From Negaprion brevirostris (Eukaryota), in NCBI GenBank assembly GCA_030324005.1, contig JARDVH010000042.1:108506412-108570411 (forward strand): a stretch of DNA of 64,000 nt, given 5' to 3'. Positions 37,120 to 49,789 of the stretch are shown piece after piece. The translations under genes and the position numbers were made by a program. The notes below the pieces were generated by a model. The model was not told the DNA's origin, ran no database searches, and saw only the letters and a list, made by a program, of their open reading frames with translations. The number at the start of each line of letters is the position of its first letter. Positions within the stretch are counted from its first letter, which is position 1.

Positions 37120-37905
37120 CGTCATTCAGACTTTGGCTGATAGGTGGCAAATAACATTCATGCTACACAAATGCCTGGTATTGACGACCTCCAACAAGAC
37201 AGAATCTAACCCTCTCCCTTTCACATTCAAGGGCATTGCCATCGGTGGATGCCCCAATATCAGCAGCTTGCGGTGTTACCATTGGCCAAAAACTTTATTG
37301 GACCATCATGGAAATACTGTGGCTGCAAGAGCAGGTCAAAGGCTAGGATTTTTGTGGTGAATGATTCATCTCCCGATTCCTCAAATCCTATCCATCACAA
37401 GACACGAGTCAGGAGTAGAATGGAATACTCTCTGGTTGCCTGGATAATTGGAACTCGATAAACAGTCAAGAAGCTGGACACCATCTAATTCAAAGCAACT
37501 TGCGTGATTGCCACCCCATCCCCCACTTTCAACATTCAGTCCCTCCACACCGACCCACAGTGGCAGCTGTGTGCACCATGTACAAGATGCGGTGCAGCAA
37601 CTTAACAAGCCTTCCTTGACAGCGCCTTTCAAATCCGCAACCTCTACCATTTAACAGGACAAAGGCAGCAGTTATGTGGGAACAGCACCAACTGCAAGTT
37701 CCCCCACAAGCCACTCACAATCCTGACTTGGAAACATATTGCCATTCCCTCACTTTTGCTGGGTCAATATTCTGGAACCCCCTCCCTAGCAGCACTGTGG
37801 GAGTCACAATCTTGAATGCCATGGTTCAAGAAAGTGAGTCACCACCATCAAGGGCAATTAGAGATGCCAGCGATGCCCACATCCCGTGAAAAGATAAATA
37901 AAAGC
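37120..37905 (+). mobile_element. CR1/L2-clade LINE 3' fragment sharing its tail with SINE family C
   Basis: Encodes (W)ADRWQITF--HKC-VLT and RVRSRMEYS---W; ends GGGCAATTAGAGATGCCAGCGATGCCCACATCCC...AATAAA. Confidence 0.75.
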
Positions 37906-38318
37906 AAATTTGATTTTTAGGGTGGGATCTTCCAAACCTGCTGAAACTGATGCCCTATGATGGGTTCCCCAGTGGCAGTGTGAACATTTCATGAAAACAT
38001 CCCACAGACATTGGCAGGACTGGAAAATCCTGCTGGTGGCCAGTGGCTCACCATGTTTGCTGTGGTAAAACCCATGACAAGGTGGGGCTGAAAACCCTGG
38101 CCTATGTATAATGCAGGAAATCCACCTTCAATCTGCTGTTGACAGCCCCATAATATTGACTTGATGGTGAATATTGTTTTTAATGTCCGATATTTAATTA
38201 CTTTGTCACTGTATGCCACGGCTTACTGCATAGATCCCAACAACTTTATAGTAAATATTTGCTCTTCGTTCTGTTCTGCAAAAAGCAGATTGCTAATGCC
38301 ACTTCATCTTCCTATATA

Positions 38319-38764
38319 GACAGCACAGTGGTTAGCATTGCTGCCTCACAGCGCCAGGAATGCAGGTTCAATCCTGGCCTTGGATCACTGTTTGTGTGGA
38401 GTTTGCACATTCTCCCTGTGTCTGCATGTGTTTCCTCTGGGTGCTCCAGCTTCCTCTCTCAGTCCAAAGATTAGGTGGATTAGGGTTAGGTGGAGTGGCC
38501 ATGCTAAATTGACCCTAGTGTCAAGGGATTAACAGAATAAATATGTGGGAATACGGGAATGAAACNNNNNNNNNNNNNNNNNNNNNNNNNNNNNNNNNNN
38601 NNNNNNNNNNNNNNNNNNNNNNNNNNNNNNNNNNNNNNNNNNNNNNNNNNNNNNNNNNNNNNNNNAATATGTGGGAATACGGGAATGAATCCTGGGTAGG
38701 ATTATGGTCAGTGCAGACTCGATCAGCCAAATGGCCTCCTTCTGAACAGTAGGGATCCTATGAT
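38319..38764 (+). mobile_element. HE1-like SINE (gap inside)
   Basis: tRNA head, V-domain and CR1-like tail. Confidence 0.85.
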
Positions 38765-40419
38765 ATTGAATCAGTAGGAGAAGTATTTAAATTCAATGAA
38801 TTTTAATCCAATTACTTTTCGACAAGGGCACTTTGAACCCTCCAGAATGTGTTAGTTTTCATCAGACCCTGTGTGTGCAGAAAGCTGCTGGAGGAGGCTC
38901 TTCATATTCCACAGGCACCTCTTGCAAAAGTAGAAAAGCACATTGAGGTCAATGACTCACCTCCACCCAGTGAACATGGTGTTGTGTTAAGTGTTTCATC
39001 AGCAAGGCTACAATGGAGTATGAGAAACTAGATGTGAAACTTTGCTTTACAGAGCGGAGTGTAGTCTGGTGGGCAAGACATCGGCTAACCAGAATTGTGG
39101 TCCCCTAACTACAGCCAAAGGGTGCCACGGTCTGCAATATTGCAGCTGGCCACCTTCCTGCCTTTCATTAGTAACAGTACTTGAGTTCAGCAACACCAGC
39201 ATCAAGGACACTGTGGATGAATTACTGAGGAGAGCAGAAAACTATAAACGAAATAAAGCTATGGCCAGAATTCTCCAACCCACCTGCAGGTTGGTTTCTC
39301 CGGTCCCGCTGCAGTGAATGGAAATTGGCTGAGCACCAAATTCTCCATTCTCTCTGGCAGTCGTGACTGGGCGAACATCTCATGAAAAAATTCCACAGAC
39401 GTTGGCAGGACTGGAAAATCCCAACCTTTGTTTAGAAAGGTGAAAAATGTCACTAAGTACAGATGTATAAAATACAGTTTTGCCCACATGACCATTGTTT
39501 GCACTTTCAGCTAAATGCCGAAGTTCTCAGAAAATTTCAGATTAATTTTGTTGGTTTATTTTTAGTTATTGTCATAATGGGCTGCAATTTGCTGAAAAGA
39601 CAACATTCACAGTCATGGTGCATCCATATTGCACCTCATTAATATAGTGCACAAGCTCTAGGAAATTATAATTGCTGGTATTTTTCCACTGCTCCACAAA
39701 GACTTGTACAGAAAAATATTTGCACAGGACTGGTTATTCAATCTCACTTTGTCCCCTTCCTTGACTCTTAGAATCAAGGTTTATTGAATTTGCTGATTTA
39801 ATGCCATTGTCATCACCTCAGCTACTCAGAACAAGCTGCAGAGCAATTGACATCTGTTTCTATACACAAAATAAAAGCCTACCATGATGCGCGATCATAA
39901 TCATAATCTCAGCCAGGCACTGGTACACACCATGCCGCACCACAGATTGGGAGAGTGTGATTTTAACTTAGAAGTTTTGAGTTGCCTCAAAACTTGAGAG
40001 TATAATTTTTACTGATTTTTGCAGGAACTTAATTTTAACTTTAAACCTTTGCTAATGGAAACACGTGCTTTAGCAGCCTGTGAATCTCCCCAATCAATAT
40101 TGTCTTGTCTTTGTGTGTCATTACATTAATATTTATTGAGCTCATTTGCATTGCTGTCAGTAAGGAAATATTGCTGGGGATTGTACATGATTCAGGGGAC
40201 AATTACTAAATGATCACCTCTCAAGGTAATGATCAGAAATAAATATTCAGAGTTGGAAAAGTTAAAGATACCAGACCACGACTTGTATGGTGTATAACCT
40301 ATCCTATGTCCAGCCTTGGCATCTTGGACACTGATGGCACCACTTGTAGCTTGTACCTATGCTCATCACAGTGCATTCTCATCAGTCCAGTGACAGCTTT
40401 TGGCATAAATTTGGCATTG

Positions 40420-40590
40420 GAGCTGGGTCAAAATCCCAGTACCCCCTCCTTCACAGCACTGTGGGTGTACTTGCACAACACGGACTGCAGCAGTTCAAGA
40501 AGGCAGCTTGCCACCATCTTCTCAAAGGCAATCGGGAATAGGCAATAAATGCCGGCCTAGCCAGCGACACCCATACCCGTTGACAGAATT
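40420..40590 (+). mobile_element. LINE 3' tail fragment (same family as 37120-37905)
   Basis: GGACTGCAGCAGTTCAAGAAGGCAGC...CTTCTCAAAGGCAAT...AATAAATGCCGGCCTAGCCAGCGAC. Confidence 0.7.
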
Positions 40591-41207
40591 CTTAAAAATC
40601 AGTAAGCTTGGCCAGTTTTGACATTGCAGCAAATTCCAGGCCATCATCTTGACCCCCGTTGAGCACTAGCCCACATTGATTATATCTACCAATTAAATTC
40701 ACTCAATTCACCTTGTAAAATGCAGTTACTTTAAATAATCAAAAGGCTCATAATTTTATGTGAGTGAAGAATGTACATAAGATGACTCTTCCACAGAGGA
40801 GTGAAGATGATGAGATGAAAAACTAAATATTTTTCTGGTTTTGGTCAAATTAAAGTAGGAGCAAGCCTTTTAAATATATATTAAGGCCTTAAGTGTGGCA
40901 AACAAACCTTCCTCAATAAGAGTGAAATTAAACTCAAACACATTCTAGGAACTACTTTCTCTAAAAGGTATAACAAAATCAACAGTATGAGGAGGCTTTA
41001 ATAACATACACCTCTTCACATTTCAATACCTTGTTATACTCTTCTCAAGGGTAATTAAGGATTGCAACAAATGCTGATCTTGCCTGCAACTTCCAACTCC
41101 ATGAATGAATAAAAGAAATGATTTTGAAGCAGAGTTCAGTACACACTTTAAATCTCTTCTTGATTCTATATCTTTTCTTTCTATCGATCTTGTTTTGTCT
41201 CAATCAG

Positions 41208-41234
41208 TGGGAAACTGATGACTCTGCTGAACAT
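41208..41234 (+). CDS. PTPRD: PTPRD mini-exon C (meC / LASE-c equivalent), 27 nt, WETDDSAEH
   Basis: Long pyrimidine tract ending CAATCAG|, then TGGGAAACTGATGACTCTGCTGAACAT, then |GTGAGT. Phase 0/0. Fits between ...LADAQ and EMIISGL..., where recalled human PTPRD has WEFDDTTEH. Confidence 0.92.
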
Positions 41235-41339
41235 GTGAGTAAAGTATAATCAGACAACTACAAACTTGTGTTTGTTGTTAACTCCTTGGTGTCTTCACAC
41301 AATGTCTTCTTGCAATTTTTTTTCTTTTTGTATGAACTT

Positions 41340-41460
41340 TTTCGTTGGTGTGCTGCACTGCATGCACTAACTGGTCTTCAGGACTTTTTTTTAAGATTTA
41401 TTTTGTACTAACTGTGCATTTATTTTACTCTTGTGAAGTGAACACAGTGCATGGAATGAA
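41340..41460 (+). promoter_or_regulatory. Cluster of candidate intronic splicing elements downstream of meC (RBFOX TGCATG, QKI ACTAAC)
   Basis: TGCATG at 41359-41364 and 41448-41453, plus one at 41768-41773. ACTAAC at 41366-41371 and TACTAAC at 41406-41412. Confidence 0.55.
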
Positions 41461-42579
41461 ACACTACCTGTTGATTTTAGGAAGAGTGCCTTCAGGAGTT
41501 ACCCTGTGCATTGTAATTATTAGGATTAATTAACTTGTTTGATACATGTATTTGCACACGTACACACCCTGCCGCTTGTTTTGGCAAAGAGCTATGCACT
41601 GGTCCAATCAGTAGTGTTACAGGATGGTACATTTTGCTCCAAGTGCATTTTTCTTTGCGGAGACCCTCAACTCCTCTGAAAAAGCTGATGTCTTGAGTAG
41701 GAATGCTCAATAAAAACGACACCAAATCTCTCTGGAATTAATCAGGTGGCTCTTATTTAACAAGAGATGCATGGGCTCGATGGAGAAGATGCACTGTCTG
41801 CAAAATGTCCAGTTTCATAAAGTATTTTCAAGGGCCTCCATTATAAATGATCATCAATTATGTTTTCACCAGAAAATAAATCACCTTTTCTCACCTGCAA
41901 AGGTTACAATTGCATTTCACCACATTCTGCTTGGTATAAGTGTGCCAATTTCCTCATTGCACCAGACCCACACTACTCATAAAATACTGCAGTGTCTGAA
42001 AACATGCAGTTCAAAACAAAATAAAGTGGCTCACTGCCTTTTCGCATTGAGCCTGTGTCACTTATGTGGCACATCACCACGTGTACAACGCTGCTCTGCC
42101 TGTGTAGGTTGCAAGTGCAGCAGTTCCTAAAAGAAAGTTGTATTGCTATTTATTCGTAGTGGTTTTTAATTTTTTTTAGAAAGTCTCATTTTTCATTCAG
42201 AGCGCACAATTTTGTGAGCAGTATCAACGGTTGCAGTCAGAGATGTGGAGGAATACAGTTCTAACCTTCTTCCAGCACCAGCTCTTTAAGTCATTTCACT
42301 TCTGTCCACATCTCAACATCTTCAATTGTATTTGTCAGTTGAGCAGCTGACTGCTATCTGTAGCACTGAATGGTTGCTATATATCATTAATGCTTTGGCA
42401 TCCTTTAGTCAGGAAGGTACCCTGGGGTATTTTTTGTCTGGCAGTAATCTGGCAGAGTGAATCGTCTACTCTTTATAGAACACGGAAAGCTTCTTTGTTC
42501 CAGTTAAATCAATGTTATAAAAATTAGACAAGTTTTAAAAAGGGCAGATGGTCCGCTCATCCAGATTACTGTCCACTCC

Positions 42580-43000
42580 CAACCTGACTAATCACTGCCC
42601 AGATTTACACCAACTGATCACTGCCCAGATTTACACCAACTGATCACAGCCCAGATTTACACCAACTGATCACCACCCAGATCCATACCAACTGATCGCC
42701 TTACAGATCCACACCAACTGATCGCCATCCAGATCCACACCAACTGATCGCCATACAGATCCACACCAGCTGATCACCTTACAGATCCACACCAGCTGAT
42801 CGCCATCCAGATCTACACCAACTGATCTCCGCCCAGATCTACACCAACTGATCATCACCCAGATCCTATCTGACTGATCACCACTCAAATCTTCTACTGC
42901 TCACCACCCAGATCCACGCGAACAGATCATTGTTCTGACCATACCAACTGATCACTGTCCAGATCCTCCCCAACTGATCACTGCCCAGATCCACACTGAC
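42580..43000. repeat. Minisatellite, 26-bp unit (ACTGATCACTGCCCAGATYYACACCA), about 16 copies
   Basis: Contiguous tandem units with no spacers, degenerating at both edges. Confidence 0.95.
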
Positions 43001-43500
43001 CTATCATCTCCCAGGCTGTGATATCAGAAGTTTAAATCTGAATTTTTATTTAGACGGATAAGACAGGTTACAATAAATTCTGTCTGTGTCGGTTGCTCTT
43101 TTAAAGAGTACAACAGTTCAAGATAATTGATTTCACAACTGCACAAACACAGCATGTTAACCCTGAGTAACAGTTTTTATAGCAAAGTGTGAAGTGATGT
43201 CTATTGTCACAGTAAAATGAATTAATAATTAATATTTCTTTATACTTCCTAAATGAAATTCATTATTGGAGTATTTGAAATGTACAGAAAATGCTGTAGA
43301 AGAAAAAGAAACGTTTTAAGCATCTTTATAATACCTGTTAAACTTGAAAACAGAATAGATTAAATGTAGCACCCTACAATTTGCCCGGTTCCCATATTAT
43401 TCAGAAGCCTGAATGAAAAGTGACTGATGGCCTAAAACTACAGAAGAGATTCTCATTGTCGTGCTTATTTCTTTTTGTTTTTTGCCTTTTTTGTGTTCAG

Positions 43501-43618
43501 GAGATGATCATTTCTGGGCTCTTGCCTGAAACTACCTACTCTGTCACTGTGACAGCTTACACAACAAAAGGAGATGGAGCTCGTAGCAGAGCCAAGCTTG
43601 TGGTAACCACTGGTGCAG
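43501..43618 (+). CDS. PTPRD: PTPRD exon, end of FNIII-5: [39 protein letters not shown]
   Basis: T-rich tract ending GTTCAG| and donor GCAG|GTGAGC. 118 nt, phase 0 in, phase 1 out. Within ORF 43420..43668. Confidence 0.96.
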
Positions 43619-45954
43619 GTGAGCGATTCCTGGAGATAATTATTGGGTTTCGGGCAGTCGATCCATAACACCAACTAACGTCCAGATTTAAAACACCAGT
43701 TCCAACTATTTCAAATTCAAACTTTTAATACTAGGGTGGTTATTTCTGGAGTTCAGACTCCCCTGCAGCTCCCCCAACCCCCCACCCCCCCNNNNNNNNN
43801 NAAACAGCTGCGATCCATTCTGTCTGCTTCCTGTGCCAAAGCATCAACGTCAAGAATGGATTCACACAAATCCTGTCAGTTTTTATGGACAAGCTTGCTG
43901 TATGGTTCATGGACGGTAGCTGTGTAAGATAGCATACAAATGTGGCTTCTTTCACAAAATGATCAATACAAGCAACAAGAAATCCTAGTTCCCACCTCTG
44001 CCGGTTAAAACTGAATGATATCCTGTTTGGTTTTACTTGGCATCTAGAGTTTCCCCTTATTTGTGATGGCCTGCCTACATCTTCCATGATTTCATATGTA
44101 TCCATTCAACACTATCTGGTTCATTGAGTAAGCAGAGACCAAAGCACTCATTTGAGTTTCTGATATTCAAAAATGGATGGTATGATTTTTCACCACGCAG
44201 ATTAGACAGGCCTACCCAAAAGCTTTGCAGCTAACATCATCATCCCGACCTAATACGTTGTATCCAGCATGAACTTTTCCGCTATCTGTCTCATTAGTAC
44301 TCTGGGCAATCCCGAATCAGCATGGTATCATCACAAATATTCAATGGAAGGCAGTGGGAATAGTTCTGACGGTTCACAGCCATGTAAGATGCGTGATTGT
44401 GATTTGATGGGCAGTTTTCAATCCCTGTTGATTTTCCTTTCTGTTGCTTTTAGTTAAATGAACAATGGGAGTGATGTGCAACAGGAAATTGATTCAATAT
44501 CGCTTGTCTCCCAATATAGTGCAAAATCAAGTTTCCGCCCAGTGCCTTAACAAACATTTGGCCAGCGAGTGAATGACACTTCTGCAGTCTCGGCAGATGA
44601 AAATGAGTATTTGAGTGTGGTGGGGGAGGCCTACAGGCCAGGGCGTGGGGGTATATGGGCTGCAGGGAGAAAAGTGTCGATAGATCTAGGAAAAGGTTGT
44701 GCCAGCATAACAATACCAAGATTCAGCAGTGCCTCATGTTTTCTGATAATTGGGTGCAAAGCTGACAGTAAAACACCAATAAATCTCATTAACTGTGGGT
44801 GTTTATGCATGCATCCGTATGTAGTGTCATTCTAGTGAGAGCAGATCATGCCTCTGATCTTCGAGTCTTGAGAGCTGTGAACACCTGTTATCCATAAGTG
44901 CAGCTCAGAACTGGCAAGAACCTGAAGATGTCCAGCCGCAGCAGCGTAAAATAGCTTTTCCTGCTGTTACGGTTCTCATATGTCACATGTAAATTGGGAC
45001 TTGGCATTCTAAATCTCCGTCTGGCCTAGTTGGGGGACGAGCAGCAGTGGACTGCTCTCTGTACATGAGTCCACATCACTGGGGACCAGGGCTTGGAGAG
45101 TATTGCATGGAGCAATCGCTTGGCTTTTAAGCTATTTTGCAGGCTCCCTGGCTGCTTGTAACTTTTGCAATCTGGATGAGTCTGTGTGTTCCAAGTATTC
45201 ATCGAATGTGAGAACTTGCAACTTTTGTTCAATGATTTGAGGTGATTGCTCCTCCCAATTAGGCTTTACATTCGCCAAGCACCACGAACTCTTAGTTGTT
45301 TGCTAGTTTGGTTCCTGGACTTTGTGTTTGATCCTCAGCTTAGTCAAAATGTCAGTCTGCAAGTCCACAATGAATGTAGTCTGTGAATGAGTATTGGTGG
45401 GGATATTAATCTGGTGTTGTCAGACTTCTTACTGGGGATATTGGGCCAGGGTCATTTTGACTCTCTCTTGCACAGTATTGTCCATGCCTGCGTGATCCTG
45501 CAGAGGGCGATTGCCATCGCTTGGTGTCTCCAGTGTTTTGCAGACATAACTAAGAATGTGACTATTATTTTTGATTTTATTTTACTTTATTGAAGTAATA
45601 ATTCTGTTTAAATTCCTTTATTAGTTGTGTCTTTTCAAACAAGGATGGCATGTGTGAAAAATTCTGTTGATGATATGGGGACAACCCAGTGTTAATCTTT
45701 ACGGATGTATTTAAAAATGCATACATGGCAGAATACATTGAAGATTCAGGCTTACAGCTGTTGGACTCTAAAGCATATTCCAAGAGTGAGGAATTATTGG
45801 CAATTGTGACCAACAGAGGAGCAGTGTTAGAAGAGGAACTTAGGGAATTGAGTTACTCCGCTGTGCCACATGGTGGCAAAATATTTAAGGATCTTCTCCA
45901 AGATGAAACCAACATCTTGTGGCTGTAAAGGACACACCTGCTGTTATTGTAGTT

Positions 45955-47300
45955 AAAGACCAGTTAGCTGAACATCTGTCAGAGGGAAAATGTTAGAAAC
46001 TATTATTAAAGACGTTACAGCGGAGCACTGTGATAAATTCAAGGTAATCAGAGTCAGCATGGTTTTGTGAAATGTTTATCATGTTTAATCAATTTATTTG
46101 AGTTGTTTTAAGAAGTGCTGAATAAAGGGGAATGTGATGGGTGTATTGTACTTAGATTTCCAGAAGGCATGAGATATGGTGCCATATCAAAGGTTACTTT
46201 GGAAAATCAGCTGATAGTGGAGGGGAAACCAATTGGCATGGGTGGAAGATTGGCTGGCTATCAGGAAACAGAGAATAGAATAAATAGGTATTTTCTTGGT
46301 TGATGAGCTGTAACAAGTGGTGTGCCACAAGGATGAATGCTGGTTCTTCAACTTTTTTGCAGTTTACATCAATGACTTGGGTGAGGGGGCCAAAGGTATG
46401 GTGACTAAATTTGCTGAGGACAAGAAAAAGATAGGACAGTAAGCTGTGAGGAGGACGTAAGGAGGGTAAAATGGGTTAAGAAAGATTAAGACAGTGAGCA
46501 AGATTTGACAAATGGAGTATAATGTGACAAAATGTGAAAGTGTCCGTTTTGGCGTAAAGAATAAAAAGGACATATATTAAATAAATAGTAAGAGACTGGA
46601 GAGGAATCTGGGTGTCATAGTGCATAGATTGTAAAACATTAGAATGAAAGTAATTAGGAAAAGGATGGAATTATATTGTTTAATACAAAGGGCATTGAAT
46701 ATAGAAGTAGAGAGTTTATGCCTCTGTTTTACCAATGCCCTGTATAACTATGTCTGGAATACAGTGTACAGTATTCTTATTTAAAGAAGGATGTAAATGC
46801 ATTGGAGCAGTTTAGAAGATTTACTGGACTACAACCTGCAATGGGATCCCACTCTAATCCTTGAGACTTGTCTTATGAGGAAAGGTTATTCAGGCTATAC
46901 TTGTATCCACTGGAGTTTTGATGAAAAAGAGGCAACTTGATTGAAATGTATAAAACCCTGAGGCGTCTTAACGGAGTGGATGTGAAGAGGAAGTTTCTTC
47001 TTGTAAGAAAACCTAAAACCAGGGGTCACTGTTTAAAAATATGGGGTTGCCCATTCAGACAGAGNNNNNNNNNNNNAATTATTACTCTCAGGTGGTGAGT
47101 CTTTAGAATTTTCTTTCTCAAAAGGCAAAGAAAACAGTCTCTGAATATTTTGAATGCAGACCCAGATAGATGTTTGATGAACAAAGTGGTTAAAGATTGT
47201 CAGGAGTAGGTGGAAATGTAGAGTTGAGGTTACGAACAGATCAGACATGATCTTGTTGAATAGCGAAGTGGGTTCAAAGAGGCAAATTGTCTGTTCTGGC
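45955..47300 (+). mobile_element. Decayed CR1 LINE ORF2 and 3' end
   Basis: SQHGFVK, VTSGVPQG, INDL...KFAEDK and QMEYNVTKCESVRFG remnants, then a CR1 3' UTR. Confidence 0.85.
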
Positions 47301-49789
47301 ACGGTCATATGCACTAAATGCACTTTTCACTGGATCAATTTGGAGTAACATTAGCCAGAAAACATGGTTTGTCTAAATGTATGTTGTGCGAGAAAATCAA
47401 TATTTCTGGAGTTTTTTTTGCCTGTGTTTGTACGATTTTGGCTCTTGAAGTGTGGGGAGGATGAACTTTGGTTGACTGATGATTATAATATTTAAGACAC
47501 AGAATGTACATCTGACTTTGCTTCAGAAAGTTGGGTGGAACCATGTTGGGAGGTATTACCAGGTCACACTGATTAGTTCAAGGGGCAGAATGAAGAGTAG
47601 CTCTTAAAGAAGCAAAGTGCAGGATCAGATACATGGTGCTGAATTATTGCCGTAAGCTTCATGTTGCAGAGGGAACAGCAGCTCAGGGTGAGCAGTGATT
47701 ACTCTGCTGTGTCTGGAGCTGGAGGAGGCAGGAGAAGAGTGCGTGTTTCGTGCTGCTGGTGAGATTGAGGTTAAAAGAAGCTCAAGGTACTTTTCAGCCC
47801 AATGACTCTGAAATAAACAGCAGCTGTTAGCTCTGTGAAGCTGGGCACTGGGGCAAAGGAAAGTCTGTGAGCAGTGGGTTTCTGCTCTGTGTAGCTGAGA
47901 GCTGGAATTGTGCTGATAACTAGATGCTGGGACATAGCCTTATCAATTCAGTGGGACACAGTCTCAGGAGAAGAGATTGACCAACTTGGAGGCGAGCAGT
48001 CATTGTTGCAGCCTGAGTTGGAGTAGCTTTTAAGGGAAATCTAGGGCTTGATCTTCGAAAGGCAGGAACTAAAATCTCTGGAGGAACAATTTTATGACTC
48101 ACTGATATCTAGGTAGTAGGTTGCTGAGAAAATTTGGGGGACCTGTCTTGGTTTTAGTTTGCCGTTTAACATGCAGTTTGTGGTGTGCACGGCCACAGTT
48201 CAGCTGTTAACTCATGTTTATCTCATTAATTCTGACTGTTTAGAGTATAAGATAAATTCTGTTGACTGTTTACTTTGCTGACTTTTACGTAGTAAAAGTT
48301 CTTTTTTTTTTAAACAGTGGAACCTTGTGGCTTTATTTTCTTAGTAAGTACCTGGGACATGAGGGAGGTGGGGTTTGGAAGGGGCAAGCTTGGAGATGTC
48401 CGGAAGGCCAGCAGTCAGGGAATGGGGAGATAGGAGAGGCAGGGATGCGGAGTTGCAGGGCTGGCCAGCGATCAGGAGGCTGGCAGTGCAAAGCTACTGC
48501 ACATGTGCCGATCTCCGCTATGACAGATCGGTTCATGCGCAGTGGCCTGCTCAGCGCTATGCCGCCGGCCTCTCCAGCAGGAATAGGCCCCCCTTACTGA
48601 TTTTCATCACAATTCACACTAGTGCACTGTGACACACAGAGTGTAGGAGATTCATTTTGAAAATGCCGCTAAGAAAAAAAGCGGGATTTACTCCAGTTTT
48701 TACGCCAGTTCGGCACTTGGAATTTTTTTGTGGAGAATCCTGGGCCATAGTTCTTCAGAGGTAACAGGCTTATCAAGTTCCACAGAACTGTGAGGCAATA
48801 CAGTTGCAGAGATAATAACTGTAAAATAACATCACTGAGGTGTCTCCAAATGCATAGTTATGGAGGTTGAGAAACCCACAGTGATGACCATGGCTAACAT
48901 CAACTCCAAAATGATCCATTCCTTCAACGAGTAGACAGCCTGAAGTAAGAACACAAAGATCCTAGGGTTTAATTGCACACTTCTATCATCTTATCTCATG
49001 CCACCTCAAGCACTGAATTAATGTTTCCGTATCATAAAGCATCCCAAGTATAATTGGACATAAAATTGTGATTGATTACTCTTTTGGCTAAATGCAGAGG
49101 AATAAAAAAAAATTCCTGTTCATTGGACATATTGAATCCTTGTATTTCCACAATAGGTTAACATAGGACCAGCCACCCAATCAAACCGCTCAAGCCTCTT
49201 CAACCTGGGCAATTACCATAAAATCAACCAATCAGGGAATCATTTTTGGTCACAATGACAGACATTAAATCTATCTTTATTTCTGCAGCCAAGACAAAAA
49301 AGGGATGGTATTAACTTAGTAGTGACATTTTCTTTGAAAAAGGTGCTGTTGTTTAAGACCTGTAAAGGCCTTGCTAATGAGTTTCAGTGGGAAATGCAGC
49401 TATTTGATACCTGGGAACTTTAAAACAGCCAGGTACAAATTAGTTCGCTCAGTCAGCTGGACTTTATTCAACAAAGGACGGATAAATTCTTCCACAGAGT
49501 AGCTGCTCAATGTGGATTTTCCTCTGTTCGTTGTCCTGTATTAGTTGATTCTGTATTATTAGTACTGTCTTAGAGCATAGCTTCACAGGGTATGTGCCCA
49601 CACCCCAACCATTTAAGTATTCATCCTTTGAACAATACAATGCTGGTACGCTCGCTGCAGCTTGATCGGCTGAGAAGCTGGGCTTGTAACACTTCAAACA
49701 ACTGAGCAGTACAGTAAACTGTTGTTAAGTTCTAATGCAATGGCTAACTATATGTGACATGAAATTATATTTATAACCCAGCTATTACG

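Noticed and set aside
42580-43000. Regular short repeats reminiscent of a CRISPR array
   Set aside because: Units are contiguous with no unique spacers, there are no cas genes, and the context is a vertebrate intron. It is a minisatellite.
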